A DNA stretch of 44,442 nt. Source: Dimargaris cristalligena. Lineage: Eukaryota. A program made the translations under genes and the position numbers. The notes under the pieces are model-generated. The model had not been told where the DNA came from and searched no databases. It worked only from the letters and a program-made list of their open reading frames with translations. This document shows, in pieces, positions 21,112 to 34,037 of this stretch; position 1 is the stretch's first letter; every line of letters begins with the position of its first letter. Location: the NCBI GenBank assembly GCA_003614675.1, contig ML002308.1, positions 1-44,442 on the forward strand. The letters are read 5' to 3'.

Positions 21112-23093
21112 ATGTCTTTCTCCGACCGCGCCCATCCCGACACCCTGGTCCTCTTCGACGTCGATGGCACCTTGACTCCTGCCCGCAAGGTACGAAACAG
21201 GAGCTACTCTTTTGCGGCATTCTCCCGTTACTCATCTCCGACCCCCCGCACTCTCTAGCTGTAGTAGCTTAGCAAGCACAGGTGTTCCTCCCTTCAAAGA
21301 GAAGCCCTTATAAACCTGGACTCTCGGGTAGAAGAGACACCTGTGGCATTCCAGTACCAAAACTTGGATTTGGCTTACCAGCTGCCCTTTCCGTAGATGT
21401 ATATTGAACTGGGATTGTTATCCCACTCAACTCAGTTCCTCAACTTAACGCAATCCATCCCCTTCTACACCACTCACTTTCTAACTCGGCTCTGTTGGGC
21501 CGTGGGGATGCCTTTACAGGTCATCACCCCCGAGATGCTCGACATTCTTAAGCAACTGCGCCAAAAGGTGGTCATCGGCTTTGTCGGGGGTTCCGACTTT
21601 GCCAAGCAACACGAGCAACTCGGCGGTGACTTGCTGGACAACTTTGACTTTGCCTTCTCGGAAAACGGTCTCACCGCCTACCGTTTGGGAAAGTCCCTCC
21701 CCTCCCAGGTAAATTTACAGCGTCCATCGAGTTTGGGATACTAAGCTTTCTCGCTTCATAATGCAGCCGTGCCAACTCCGGCCGGTGCTTTTAGGGCAGG
21801 CGTCGTGAATTGCCCCCCAGTAGTGCATACCTCGGCCTTAAATGATCTGCCATTGCGGGTTTCTCCTGGTGCCCCTAAAACACCGCCCAGTTTGCTGGTT
21901 GATTTATTATGGCGAATACTTCCTAATATCTTATGTGATTATCCTCTACGATCAACTATTCATGTTACCAGAGCTTCATCAGCTACATTGGTGAAGAGGA
22001 CTACGCCAAGTTGGCCAATTTCTGTCTCCGCTACATTGCCGATTTGAAGATCCCTCGCAAGCGGTAATAAGCGTTTCCGACTCCATCTGACATTGTACCG
22101 ACTATTACCTCGTCTATTCCAGCGTATCATATGGTCCAGATCCCTGCCTTTCGTTCTGCCCGATTAGGAGTTTTCGAGCTAACACCATCTGTTGTATACA
22201 TTGATATACTCCCCTGTCTTGGCCCAACCAGTGGTACCTTCATCGAATTCCGCAATGGAATGATCAATGTCTCGCCCATTGGCCGTAACTGCAGGTAAGT
22301 TGACATCAATTCATTTGGTATCCCCTCGCCCTACCACCATTGCGATATTCCCGAAGGGATACGTTCTTTGATGGGGAACTTGAATATATCTCCCTTTCCC
22401 TTAGAATATGTTACTGGTTTCTGACGACATTCTAATTTATGAACGCAATCGGGCATATCCACCACCCAACTTTTCAATAATTTTAGCTACGACGAACGTC
22501 TGGAATTCCAGGCGTACGACAATGTAAGTCATTGTTAATATAGGACTGCTAATTTCGGAAGTAGTATGCGGGTTAGCTTGATTATGGTCCCCTATTAGTA
22601 GCTTTCTAATGTACTGATCATATTCTACGCCCACCTCTCTGTTTATTTGGCCCATTTCCCCTCTCCAGGAATACAACATTCGTCCGCAGTTCATCGCTGC
22701 GCTCAAGAAGGAGTTCCCCAATCTCGACCTGACTTACTCCATCGGTAAATTCAACCTACTAGTTACTATGGCCCGAGACCTAATATTCTTCTACTAAGCG
22801 TTATCAATATTATTATTCTTCTAATGTCCATTTAATGTAATTTTGTCTGCCTAATTAACATTTCCCTAACAGGCGGCCAAATCTCATTCGATGTTTTCCC
22901 CACTGGATGGGACAAGACCTACTGCCTGCGCCATTTGGATAATGAGGGCTTCAAGTCCATCCACTTCTTCGGTGATAAGACCCATGTGGGTGGAAACGAC
23001 TACGAAATCTATAACCACCACTCCGTCATCGGTCATAGCGTTAGCAACCCAGATGGCACGATCCGTATCCTCAAGGAATTGTTCCTCTCTTAA
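21112..23093 (+). CDS. SEC53: Phosphomannomutase (HAD family), 251 aa, 7 exons (21112-21189, 21520-21708, 21972-22063, 22232-22294, 22487-22523, 22669-22744, 22873-23093)
   Basis: Motifs [79 protein letters not shown]. Exon lengths sum to 756 nt. Confidence 0.97.
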
Positions 23094-24062
23094 ATAAGTG
23101 CCAATTATCATGGGGCGACTGGTGTCCGTTCTGGGGTTGGCCCCCGTTTAGCACCGCCCCTTTCAGATCATCCATACTCTATTATGTTGACGCTATTTAG
23201 TGCGGCTTCTGGATTATAGGTGCCAATTATTAATAATAGTGGGTAGCCTTCCCTGCTCATAATAAACCTAATTATCAATCGCAAAGGGTGCTGTATTTTC
23301 ATGGGTATGGTATATGGGGAGTTAGAGTCGGCGGTGTCGGTCCATTAATCAGGTGTAGGTTACAGTCAGACGCCCGAAACACTGAATAATGGAGCCACTA
23401 ACTGTTGTTATTTGGGCTAGTGAGCTCCTTATCTTCAGTATCCGCTGATCATCCAGTTTGTTTATCCAGGGATCAGTTAGTCTCCTATTGCCAACCCCCG
23501 CGACGCGTCCATTCCTGAAGCTGAGAATGGCTACTACTTCTATTTTGGCCTTGCTAGAGTTCCAAGTCCGTCATTAAACCGCCCCTTAGGCCACAGTATT
23601 GTTAAATCCTTATATAGGTGCTTGGGTTATCCATACTCTTTAACTCCATCCCCTGTTTGTGTTACTTCTTCCCCCATATGCTATATACCTAGGGGTATGG
23701 GCTTGCTTGAACCCTTAGACTCAAAATTTAGCCGGTTTCCCTTCCTTGGTTTGTTGACTTCTTTCCTTCCCAGCTCCACCCTAAGTTGGCCTCTTGTTGA
23801 TGGGCATTGTGGCATATTATCCAGCCTTATCTTGCTGTTTCTCCACTCTCGTCCCACGCCGCTCTACCACCACCACTACTGTTGCCCTTCCCCCCTCCCC
23901 ACCTCTCATTTCAGGGTGGGAAACATTATTCGACGCGACCATCTTTGAACCCCCCGGATCTTGTCGGACATTGATGTTTAATTCTCTCTATATACCCTTC
24001 CTAGCCTTGTTTAGCCCTCTCATCCTTCACACAACCCATCACGCATTATTTGATTATTGGCC

Positions 24063-26950
24063 ATGGCCGAATCCCACTCTACTTCGCCCGCGTCCGCCGA
24101 TTTAGCAAATAGTGGCGCGAAAGGGGGGCTTAAACGCAGTGCCTCGGATGAGCTTGCCGGCGGAAGGCCAACCGAAACCGGCTTGGCGAACTTAAGCCCC
24201 GGAGGATCTATCACGCTTCTTACCCCCCCTCCTAGCCTAGCCACCAGCTCTACTTCACCTAGTCTCTCGGAATCCTCCCGGTCGCGGGGGGCGGCCGCCG
24301 CCGCCGGAAAGCACCATCACCGCCTTTTTTCAACCCCCCATCTCGGCCAAACCCAAGCGGCCGATCCGGGCGATTCACCCAGTTCCACCAAAAAACACCG
24401 GCCGCATCCGACGACCCCCATGTCCGGCGAGATACGGGCCGGGAGTGGAGGAACGGGCTTATCGATTCCGTCGCGGCCCCCGGGTACAGCAACCACTCCC
24501 ACCCTTTCTTTGTCGCCGCTAGTTCTCGGCAGCCCCGCGACGTCCGGTCACACACAGAGCCAGACTCCTACGCCCGGGGTAGATCCTCCTACTGGCCCTA
24601 CCTTTTCGAATACCACTGGCGGCTGCTACTCAGGGGATGGTAGGTCAGCGTCCCCTCTAGGGTATACCTCAGATACCGTGATTGCCTCGGGGACGGTGAT
24701 AGCAGCGAACGTATCCGCTGACCCAACTGTACTTTTAGACTCCACTCCCCCTTTTCCCGACCATCACCGGTCCACGGCCCCTAATCCCAGTCCGCCCTCT
24801 ATTTATGATTTGATCGGGTCCGCCCACGAGACGGCTGATCCGGCCGCGATTTTTCCACCGCCCCTCATCATACCTCCACCAGCCGAGTCGGGTAAGTGAA
24901 TCCCCCACCGCTTCTATATCGACTTCATTCACCCATATCCATGACTCACCCCATCTTGTTCCTTCTCGAAACTAACAAGTCTGTTAGGGTTATCAACCCA
25001 CTACGGTTTGGCTCAATTTTATATAATTGGCAATAGACCTCGATTCCGCTGCTGAATCCTCGGATATTGATGTAACTTCGTCGTCACCCGGCTCCCCCGC
25101 CTGTAATTCATCACAGCTTAAAGGTAACTGCTATTCCATCGAGCCTCCCTGCCCTATTCCAGTGCAATGCCTGCCCTCATTGATACTGTTATTTTGTACT
25201 TTAATTTAGTGGTCCGGTTTTACATTTCGTAGCTGCCCCCTCCCCCTTCCCATGCCCCGCAATTCCTAACATCGAGGCCTTCTACTAACTATCCATGTGT
25301 TTGAATTACTTGATTTACCCCATTATCATAGAGGTTAGCGAGTTTTTTACGGATAGTGAAAAGCATATTTTGCGCGTCGAGGCCCGTGAGCTAGGCCTGT
25401 TTGGATTCATTGAAAAATACTTTATTCAGCAAAATTTCCCCGTGGGGGCACTCATCGCTGCGTTTTCGACCCGTCTGGCGGCCGAACTACCCCCCAATCG
25501 AAGTAACATGGAGCTGTTACCCCTACTACAACTGACCGTGGCCAAATTCATTCGGCACCGGGAACGGTTGACTCACATCACAACCGTTGACCATGTGGTC
25601 GAATTGCTCGGTTCGGCGACTAATATTATGGTCCTGACCGGCGCCGGCGTATCGGTGTCCTGCGGTATCCCCGATTTTCGATCGCCCAACGGTATCTATT
25701 CCCGCCTGGGCGAATTCGGACTGGACGACCCCCAGCAGATGTTTGATCTCGAATATTTCCGGGAGTCGCCCCAAATCTTTTACTCATTTGCCAAGGAGCT
25801 GTACCCCAGTAATTTCGTACCTTCCCCTTCACACCATTTTATCCGGCTGCTCGAAGCCCGCGGGCAGCTGTTGCGCAATTATACACAGAATATCGATACC
25901 CTGGAGCAGCAGACGGGTATCGGTCGGGTACTAAATTGCCACGGATCTTTTGCTACTGCCAGCTGCATTCGATGTGGCCTGCAGGTGCCAGGCCAGGCGA
26001 TCAAAGAGTCCATTTTCGACCAGAGAATCCCCGAGTGTCCCCGGTGTCAACAGGAGGCTAAACGGGCCAAGCCGGCGCCGGTACGACGGAAGAAGCGCAA
26101 CTATTCCGCCAATGTTGATGATGACGATGATGACGACGACGACAATAATCAGACGGACCATCGGCCCCCGGCGATCATGAAACCCGACATCACCTTCTTC
26201 GGGGAGAACCTACCGGACGCCTTCGAAAACAGTTTTTTGGCCGACCGGAAACAGGTGGACCTCCTGCTCGTGATGGGCTCCAGTCTGAAAGTGGCTCCCG
26301 TCTCGGAGGTTATGGCCCAACTCCCCGCTCACGTCCCCCAGATCCTCATCAACAAAACCCCTAATTTGCAAATGAATTTCGATGTCCAATTGCTGGGGAA
26401 TTGTGACGATATTATCGCCTATCTGTGCCATCGGCTCCAGTGGGACTTGGAGCACCCCCAGTTGGCCGGTGGCCATACGTTGAGCGAGTCGTTCGATGCA
26501 TTGGCCCCGACCTTACTCGAATTAGCCCCCATGGGCCCTGCCGATATCGCCCCACGGTTGTTAACGGATTCGGACTCCGACTCCAACTCAGAGTCGGACC
26601 CGGACTCGATGTCGGATTCTAATCAGGCGATTAATTCCCACGACGGTTACGCTGACCGCGATACGGAAGATAAGGCCCGGGATACCATTCCAACCTCGAC
26701 CGCCACTCATTCCTCCGATGCTTCGGACGGTCCGGTCAGATCTTCACATACTTCCCCTACTGCCGCTCCTTCCCCACCGTCCCTCCCTGATCCTGGGACC
26801 GCTAGTGCTACACGGTCCTTACCGGGTGGTTCAAATAGCACTTGGCCTACGATTCCTTGCCACTGGCATCGGTTCCGCGGTAGTTTAATCAGTCGGCGGG
26901 ATCTGAAACTGGCCCATGATCGTTACCCTAAAGAGTGGTTCGGCACTTAA
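24063..26950 (+). CDS. SIR2: NAD-dependent deacetylase, class I sirtuin (Sir2/Hst1-like), about 844 aa, 3 exons (24063-24891, 25037-25123, 25332-26950)
   Basis: Motifs GAGVSVSCGIPDFRS, YTQNIDTLE, CHGSFATASCIRC, CPRC, KPDITFFGE, GSSLKVAP. The low-complexity S/P/T N-terminal exons join in phase 1; the N-terminal model is less certain. Confidence 0.92.
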
Positions 26951-28306
26951 GTACTTTGGGTATATATAATGAGCGCTGGATGCGTATAAATGTGCGCGCG
27001 GGCGAGGGAGTGGGAAGAGGGGTAGTGATTGCTATCTGTTTTCCCGTTCAATCCTCGTGTCATACACTCGTTGCCGACATTACTGTAAGAATGATTAATT
27101 ATAGACAGGCCCACAATACTGGAAGCTCCTTGAGGATTCCCTAGGGTATTGTGATTTCAAGGGCAATGCACGGGTGTCGAGGATCTTAAACGATCGTATT
27201 TAACTTTATGGGCAAATGTAACGACCAGACTATATTTTCACTCGATTTCTGATTACAATGATGATGTATATTAGCACTGATAATAAACCAAGAATATCAC
27301 ACCTACTAATCCAACATAATCAGACCAAACCTTTTTAGTACAACTTGTTCCTGTTAGGTCTTTTTATGCTACGTCTCCTTCCCATAACAACACCCACTGT
27401 CACGCGGATCGCCTACCCTACCCCGTAGTCTAACCCTCTAGCCACTACTGTCAGACTGAGCTCTGTATACTCATACATTTATTGTTAAGTTCACATAATC
27501 GCATTTAATTAGTTAGACCACCCGTCGATTAATAATAAAAGGAATAAGCATATTGCCAACTTATTTGGTAATACCCTCCTCTCAATAGAGTATCATGTCT
27601 TGATCAGAACATGAGTGCGTGGTAAGTATTCTATGCTGGAAGAGGTGTGAATTGGGTTGCGTAGTTGGCCTGTTCCCACGGAAGTCGCTTTTGGTTAGGT
27701 GTAAATTATGGACAATTTAGCATGGTCTTTGTGGCTGCTGTTGTTTTTTCTTTACCGCATACTTCATGTGACATCCCGAATTAAGCCGTACAGAATCAGA
27801 CGGAAACCAATATGGTCCGAGACGCAGAATTGTAAACTATTAAGATTAGTTTTAACATGGCCAAATTATGTAACTGGACCATGGCGAGGCTAACTTCAGC
27901 CCACTGTGGCAGCACTGGTCTTTGGTAAATGAAAACAGTCGAGTTAGCTACGATGTCTAATAATGAAAGAATGTAGAGGAATGTAATCCGAGGCAGTTAT
28001 GGTTTAGCTGTGGTGATCTGGTATTATCGCTATGCCAATGCCTTACTACCGGAATGAATCAATTAGTCCGCTGATTGAGGGTAGTAATAGAATGTGATGG
28101 ATAGCAGAAATTGGCTGATCAGCTGGAATGGACAGATTTTGTTATCCTTAGAGAGTAGGGATGGTATCTTTAACTATTATCATCGGAACGGATGGTGGTG
28201 GAATGGGGGAGATAGATGACTGGATATAGAATAATCATACTACGCCGAAGGAGAGAGATATGGGCCAGAGGATGACGCACTAATACGGATGGCCAACCGC
28301 AGACCA

Positions 28307-28592
28307 CACGTGAAGAGGGAGAAAGGATCAAGATGATCAAAGGGGGAATGGCCCAACCAATGTCTCCAACCCCCTTTATTTATACTAAAGGCAATTGCCA
28401 GTCTGGGTCATCCATCATCACTCAGACGACCACCTGGGTGGAGTTACCAATTAGACATTAGTTACGCCTAGTCAGCCAGAAAAAGCGGTAGTGGTCGTAG
28501 GCGCGCATATACTGTATTCATGCGCCTGTGTGATCCCAGCTCCGCTCTTTCCCGCATACAGCCTCTTGGAAACCATTGGCCTTGTATATAAG
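28307..28592 (+). promoter_or_regulatory. Putative GDE1 promoter: CACGTG (28307-28312) and TATATAAG (about 28585-28592)
   Basis: An E-box and a TATA-like element precede an ATG-free leader and a putative 5'UTR intron (GTTAGT at 28704 to CTAAC...CAG at 29263). Confidence 0.35.
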
Positions 28593-29298
28593 GAAGCCTA
28601 CTCCCTCGGGCTGGTGCACCTTTAGCATTTGATACTTTCACTCTCTATATATCTTGCACCCCGGCCAGACTTGTCCATCAGCCAGCCCATTCTTCGGAGT
28701 CAGGTTAGTAGGTTGCACTCAGCTGCCAATGTGGCGCCTGTATCAATAATAATACCAAAGTGGGGTGTTCTGATAGATAATTTCTCACTCACATAGCACT
28801 TGCGTCCTCCCCCCTACATCACACCCCCACATCAGTTGATTTTTTCCTCATCTTTTATTGGGCATATGTGACTATCATTGTTACATCAGCCCCACTGTAA
28901 ATTGTGCTATTTTACAAGCCTCCTCCTCCCTGGCCTTGTCTATCTTTAGACTCACTACTATACTGAGTTGCTAGCCCTGTAAAATTGGTATTTTTATTCT
29001 CTGTTCCCCGAGACCAGCTTCTTCCCTTCTCTAACTATTATTTTACGGGGAATCGTTGCAAATTGCACGCCCTGTTTTATTTATTTTTCTTACCACACCT
29101 GCCCTATTAAAACGCCACCAGTGTCACAGTCCTCGCATTCACCTACACCAACCCCTCTAACCAGCCCCCCCCCTTCGGTACCTTGCTGCCCCCTCCTGGT
29201 TTGTGCCAATTCGCGTCCTTGTGTAACACCCCAGTATACACCATTTTTTCTCTAACGCACCAGTCCAAGCCCGGGAATTGCACCTATATACCCGCAAA

Positions 29299-32200
29299 AT
29301 GACCAACTGCCTTGGAAGCGACCTACAGTTCCAGCCGCCGGCCTTTAACCTCCGCCAAATCCGGCAGTTAACGCTGGCCCTCCAAGCCGATGACTGCAGC
29401 CTGCTCAAAGCCGCATTGGACACATTCCTACCCCCCGGCAAAGGCTCTCTCGCAGCGTTCAACCTGGCCGTTTCCTCCAGTGCCACCGGTCAGGCGCTCT
29501 ATCTCCTGGTCGAAGGGGCCTGTGCAGCCCGGGCCCGGCGCTGTATCACCTGGCTTACGCAGACCTACCCTGCCGTCTACCTGCTCCACGATATACACGG
29601 CCGCACCCTGCTTCACCGCCTCTGTATGCTCAACGGTATTACCGACTCCCTGGATACCATCTTCCATTCCATGCCCCTGAGGTCGCCACGCGAAACTTTA
29701 TCTCCTCACAACGGCTATTTTTCAACCTTTACGGATGACACTGCGCACTGTCCCATCAGGCCCACTTCGGTGCATTCACTGTCGGCTGACTTATCCCGGT
29801 TGGATATCGATCAAACCATCAGGGTCGGCACCGCCAAACTCGGTCGTGGGCCGGCCCCGGATTTTAGTCCCATCGTGGACCTTTTTGTAGCCCACATCCA
29901 GTCGGTGGAGGCCATCGCCCAGCGGGACATTTATGGTCGCTCCGCCCTCCATTACGCGGCAGTGAACGGGTTCGACGTCATTGCCAAAACTCTGCTCCGG
30001 GCCCTCCATCGGTTGGACCCCAGTCTCGATATCAACTCCGGGCACTGGTGTGATCAGGAAGGGTGCACTCCGCTCATCTACGCTGTTATCAATAACCACT
30101 TTGGACTGGTCCAGGCTCTCATCGACCTGGGCCAAATCGACAACGTCGACGCAACCATTTTGGTTCCGACTACTCCATCCTTTCCGACCACCTCGAGCAA
30201 TAGCACCTTAAATGCCTTTGGAGTTTCTTCCCCTTTCACTAGGACTGACAAGCCTATCCCGCCCGAGACCTCCGCGTCGGTGCTTTCCACGTCACAATCA
30301 TTTTTACTTCTCAAGTCCCATCTCAACACCCCGCTTACCGTAGCTGCCAAGCTGGGGTTCACGGATATTATCAAATTTCTCCTGGAGCGAGGGGCCAATC
30401 CCAACGCGGCTGACAAGGACGGTGAAACCCCTATTCACTACGCTGCCCGCGAAGGCCATGCCCAAGTGCTTCGGTTACTGACCCAGTCCAGTTGTCCCAA
30501 TAACCCACCCGCCTTGAACGAACAGGATACCCAAAACGGCTGGACCCCCTTATGTCTGGCTGCCCTGGAGGGTCATTTGGAATGCGTCCGGATTCTCCTG
30601 GCGGCGGGGGCTGACCCTAACGTGCTAGACACCGCTGGCTGGAATGCCCACGAACGAGCCGCCTTTCGGGGCCACTGTCAAGTGACCGACGTACTCCGCC
30701 CTCTGTCACGTAAACCCATCGAGGCCATCCGTGAATTTAGGAACCAGGCCCTACCAGACGCTATTACCGGCCCCGCTAGAAGTTCGTCCAAGTCCACCCT
30801 TAACCTACCCCGACTGTCCAGCCATGATTCCTCCCAGAACCGCCCGAGCCCTAGTCATTCGCCGGGCAAGTCTTTCATTGAGCGTACCTACGGCCACAAA
30901 TACCTTCAAAACCAGGGACTATTGGTTGTCACGCTGGGATCAAACGACGAAAAGGATACTGCATCACCACTGGAACTGCGGGACGATTTTTTTGACATTT
31001 TGGGTGCGACCGTCACTCCTACTAGCAACCTGGCTCTGGTGATCTCGGCCGATACGGCCGTGGGGGCGCCAACTACCTTGCATCTACCTCTTGATCGACC
31101 TGCGGCCATTGAACCCCTTCAATTCCTGTGCAGCCTGGATCGGGACGTTCACTTACAATTTGACTTAGTAGCCGTTGAAGAGCCCGGTACCCCCCATGAT
31201 GCGGCAACCCTAGTGGGCCGAGCCTCCGTGCGACTACCCATCGTGTCCGGTCCCAGCCATGTGCTCACTAGTGCTGCCGGTTGCGAAAAGTTGCTTGTAT
31301 CCCTGCTTTCGACCCCACACATGTTTGACTTAGGCAGTATTCGTCTCGAATACATAATGATCCACCCCTTTTCGCACCCTAAAATGTCCCTCAACTCGCG
31401 CGCTGCCTACTGGAAATCACTCAGCACCAAAGTGATTGGTCACCGCGGGTCAGGCATGAACCGGGACGCTTCGGGTGGTTCCAATCTTCAAGTTGGGGAG
31501 AATACGGTCCTGTCGTTTATCACGGCCGCAAATTTGGGGGCTGAGTATGTGGAATTTGATGTCCAGCTGACGAGTGATTTGACCCCGGTTATTTACCATG
31601 ATTGGACTGTTACGGAGACGGGGATTGATGTCCCCATCCATTCACTCACCAAAGACCAGTTTCTCGCTCTAACCCCCCGAAAGGACAAGGACTATAACAA
31701 GGGCCATCACGACCCCTCCGTCCGCCACATTGGCCACGAAGCGGAAAAACAGGCCGCAATTGCGGTTGACGCCCTTCCCAAACGACCCCAGCTTCGAGCA
31801 ACCGAAACGACCCCCATCCACTCACATACATTCACTGCACCCCACGCACCCATTACCACTATCGCTCCGGCCACTTCTAATGGTGGCCATGCTTCTTCCC
31901 CGCTGGGACTTCTCGACCGGCTGAATAGCTCACCGCCCATTTCCCGGGTGTCCCGATCTAACAGTCTACACGGGCGTCCCCAACGGTCGCCCCGTCAGTT
32001 TAGCATACCTGAATCAAACCTCGAACCGGCCCCCATAACTATTCCCCCGCCAATGATGAGCAGCCGCTCCCGCCCCTCGGACCTCCTCGCCAACTCCACA
32101 TTAGACCTTTTCCATCCCATGCCACCACCCATATCCACCTCCATCTCGGCCTCCTCGTACTCCTCCGCCCGATCCAATGTCCTGGAAGACGATAGGTTGC

Positions 32201-32835
32201 GAGAGGAGCTAAATGAGGAGCTTGAAAAAGTGCTTACACATAAGAAAGTACCCAAAAAAGTCAAGGGCAATAACGCCGAGACCATCCAGGCCCCGTTTAC
32301 TACGCTGGCCGAAACCTTCCGACAGGTCCCTGCCCACGTCGGCTTTAATATTGAGGTCAAATATCCCATGAAGTGCGAAGCCCAGGACGCGGCCGTCTGG
32401 TCACATGTGGAACTCAACCGTTTTGTGGATTCCATTCTCAAAGTGGTGTACGATTTGGCTGGTGATCGGGATGTGATTTTCTCGTCGTTTCACCCTGACA
32501 TTTGCCTGATGCTTAATGTGAAGCAGCCAAGCTACCCCGTCTTTTTCCTCACCGATGGCGGGTATTATCCCTACGTCGATGCCCGGTGCAATTCCCTGCA
32601 GGAAGCCGTTCGGTTCGCTAAACACGCCGGATTACTGGGCATTGTGTCCGTGTCCACATTGATTTTGCAGGCCCCCATCTTGGCCCCGGCTATCAAGAAC
32701 CAGGGGTTGCTGCTCTTCACCTACGGCGTGCTTAATAATAGCGTGCCTTGTGTACAGCTGCAGAAACAGCTGGAGGTCGACGCTGTTATTGTGGATTCCG
32801 TGATGGCGGTTCGAAAAGGTCTACAAGATCCGTAG
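29299..32835 (+). CDS. GDE1: Glycerophosphodiester phosphodiesterase, Gde1-like (ankyrin repeats plus GDPD), about 1178 aa, no visible SPX domain
   Basis: Ankyrin repeats (GRSALHYAA, GCTPLIYAV, GETPIHYAAREG, GWTPLCLAALEGH) and GDPD motifs VIGHRGSG, GENTVLSF, YVEFDVQLT..PVIYHD, FNIEVKYP, IFSSFHPDIC, VDAVIVD. First in-frame ATG at 29299. Confidence 0.93.
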   Translation: MTNCLGSDLQFQPPAFNLRQIRQLTLALQADDCSLLKAALDTFLPPGKGSLAAFNLAVSSSATGQALYLLVEGACAARARRCITWLTQTYPAVYLLHDIHGRTLLHRLCMLNGITDSLDTIFHSMPLRSPRETLSPHNGYFSTFTDDTAHCPIRPTSVHSLSADLSRLDIDQTIRVGTAKLGRGPAPDFSPIVDLFVAHIQSVEAIAQRDIYGRSALHYAAVNGFDVIAKTLLRALHRLDPSLDINSGHWCDQEGCTPLIYAVINNHFGLVQALIDLGQIDNVDATILVPTTPSFPTTSSNSTLNAFGVSSPFTRTDKPIPPETSASVLSTSQSFLLLKSHLNTPLTVAAKLGFTDIIKFLLERGANPNAADKDGETPIHYAAREGHAQVLRLLTQSSCPNNPPALNEQDTQNGWTPLCLAALEGHLECVRILLAAGADPNVLDTAGWNAHERAAFRGHCQVTDVLRPLSRKPIEAIREFRNQALPDAITGPARSSSKSTLNLPRLSSHDSSQNRPSPSHSPGKSFIERTYGHKYLQNQGLLVVTLGSNDEKDTASPLELRDDFFDILGATVTPTSNLALVISADTAVGAPTTLHLPLDRPAAIEPLQFLCSLDRDVHLQFDLVAVEEPGTPHDAATLVGRASVRLPIVSGPSHVLTSAAGCEKLLVSLLSTPHMFDLGSIRLEYIMIHPFSHPKMSLNSRAAYWKSLSTKVIGHRGSGMNRDASGGSNLQVGENTVLSFITAANLGAEYVEFDVQLTSDLTPVIYHDWTVTETGIDVPIHSLTKDQFLALTPRKDKDYNKGHHDPSVRHIGHEAEKQAAIAVDALPKRPQLRATETTPIHSHTFTAPHAPITTIAPATSNGGHASSPLGLLDRLNSSPPISRVSRSNSLHGRPQRSPRQFSIPESNLEPAPITIPPPMMSSRSRPSDLLANSTLDLFHPMPPPISTSISASSYSSARSNVLEDDRLREELNEELEKVLTHKKVPKKVKGNNAETIQAPFTTLAETFRQVPAHVGFNIEVKYPMKCEAQDAAVWSHVELNRFVDSILKVVYDLAGDRDVIFSSFHPDICLMLNVKQPSYPVFFLTDGGYYPYVDARCNSLQEAVRFAKHAGLLGIVSVSTLILQAPILAPAIKNQGLLLFTYGVLNNSVPCVQLQKQLEVDAVIVDSVMAVRKGLQDP

Positions 32836-34037
32836 ATAACCCTACCCCCCCTCCAATTTTACTATTCGTTATATGATCTCCTATACGCTTATTCGATTTT
32901 ATTTAGATAATTTAGATAATTTAGTTACGGGACATTAGATCATGCCTGTTTATCTGGCTACTGTGTTTACTGGCGGTTAGTTAAAACCCATCTTATTGGG
33001 ATGAAGTTAGATTAGTTCATCCTCTATTATAATGGAATTATGTAGGCATTTTGTAAAGGGTGGTCCCAATTAGTTGTTTAATTTTAGGGTCAAGTGAGCC
33101 GGGTATGAATGTTAGATCGTATTTTTTAGGGGGAGTCTTGGACAATGCAATCCCCCCTCTAACCCCAACGGTTAGGTAAATGGGACACAGTACCATTTTT
33201 GTAGGATCATTTACTTACTAAACTCGGCCGAATGGGTTACATTAGGGTTGGTAGACCAAGTGAATGGCCAATTCGGGCATATCGAATTAATCCAGCCCAA
33301 GGTGTTAGCTTCAACTAAATCCGGAGGAGTATCATCCGCCAATAGAGCACATCCCCACCTTTTTCAGATAACCATCAACCAATCACCCCCCGAGGATGTC
33401 CCGTGCGTTCCTTTCCTTTTCAGCCCCATCCTGTCGCCCAAGTTTCCCAACCAGTCTGAGGGCGGTGTGAACTTACTTACGGTTTCCTATAGTTCATACA
33501 TACCACGTGCGTATTGTGTGTATGGGGGGAGTTCGGTTGGATCGGCTGTCAGTTGCTCTTATCCCGCGCTCACATGCGGTGTAGAATTAGGAATGCCACC
33601 AATAGGTTGGTCGCACCTGCCGATATGGTTTAGTTTGGCCTAATTTCCCCAATTTATAATCATGCCAAGTTGGGGCTTTTTTTCGGCACTCGATGTGTGC
33701 AGCAGCAGTACCCACATAATGTAGCTTCTTACCTTGTCTTACTTGCTGCCGACTTTTTTTATGGATCAATCATTAATTATTGATATTTACACATATACCA
33801 AAGTGCTTGTCGGTGTCCGTTGCCGTAGTATTCGCATAAATATCTATTAGCTGTATTCATTATCGTTTTATTATATTAGCTGCCAGCAATTTTTCACCTA
33901 TATTACAAGCCCACGTCGGCCGCCCCATTTCGCCCCATAACCACCTGGGGTTTGTGAAAGAGTGCCTGTGTCCGTCGCCTCGTTCTCTCTCCCTCCCACA
34001 TACCTTCACTCCAACCTCATTTGGTCGGTTCGTGGCC

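Noticed and set aside
33504-33509. CACGTG as proof of a PHO regulon across the window
   Set aside because: The 6-mer also occurs near RPL10/DYS1, PAM18 and GDE1 and is expected by chance about every 4 kb, so it is not specific.
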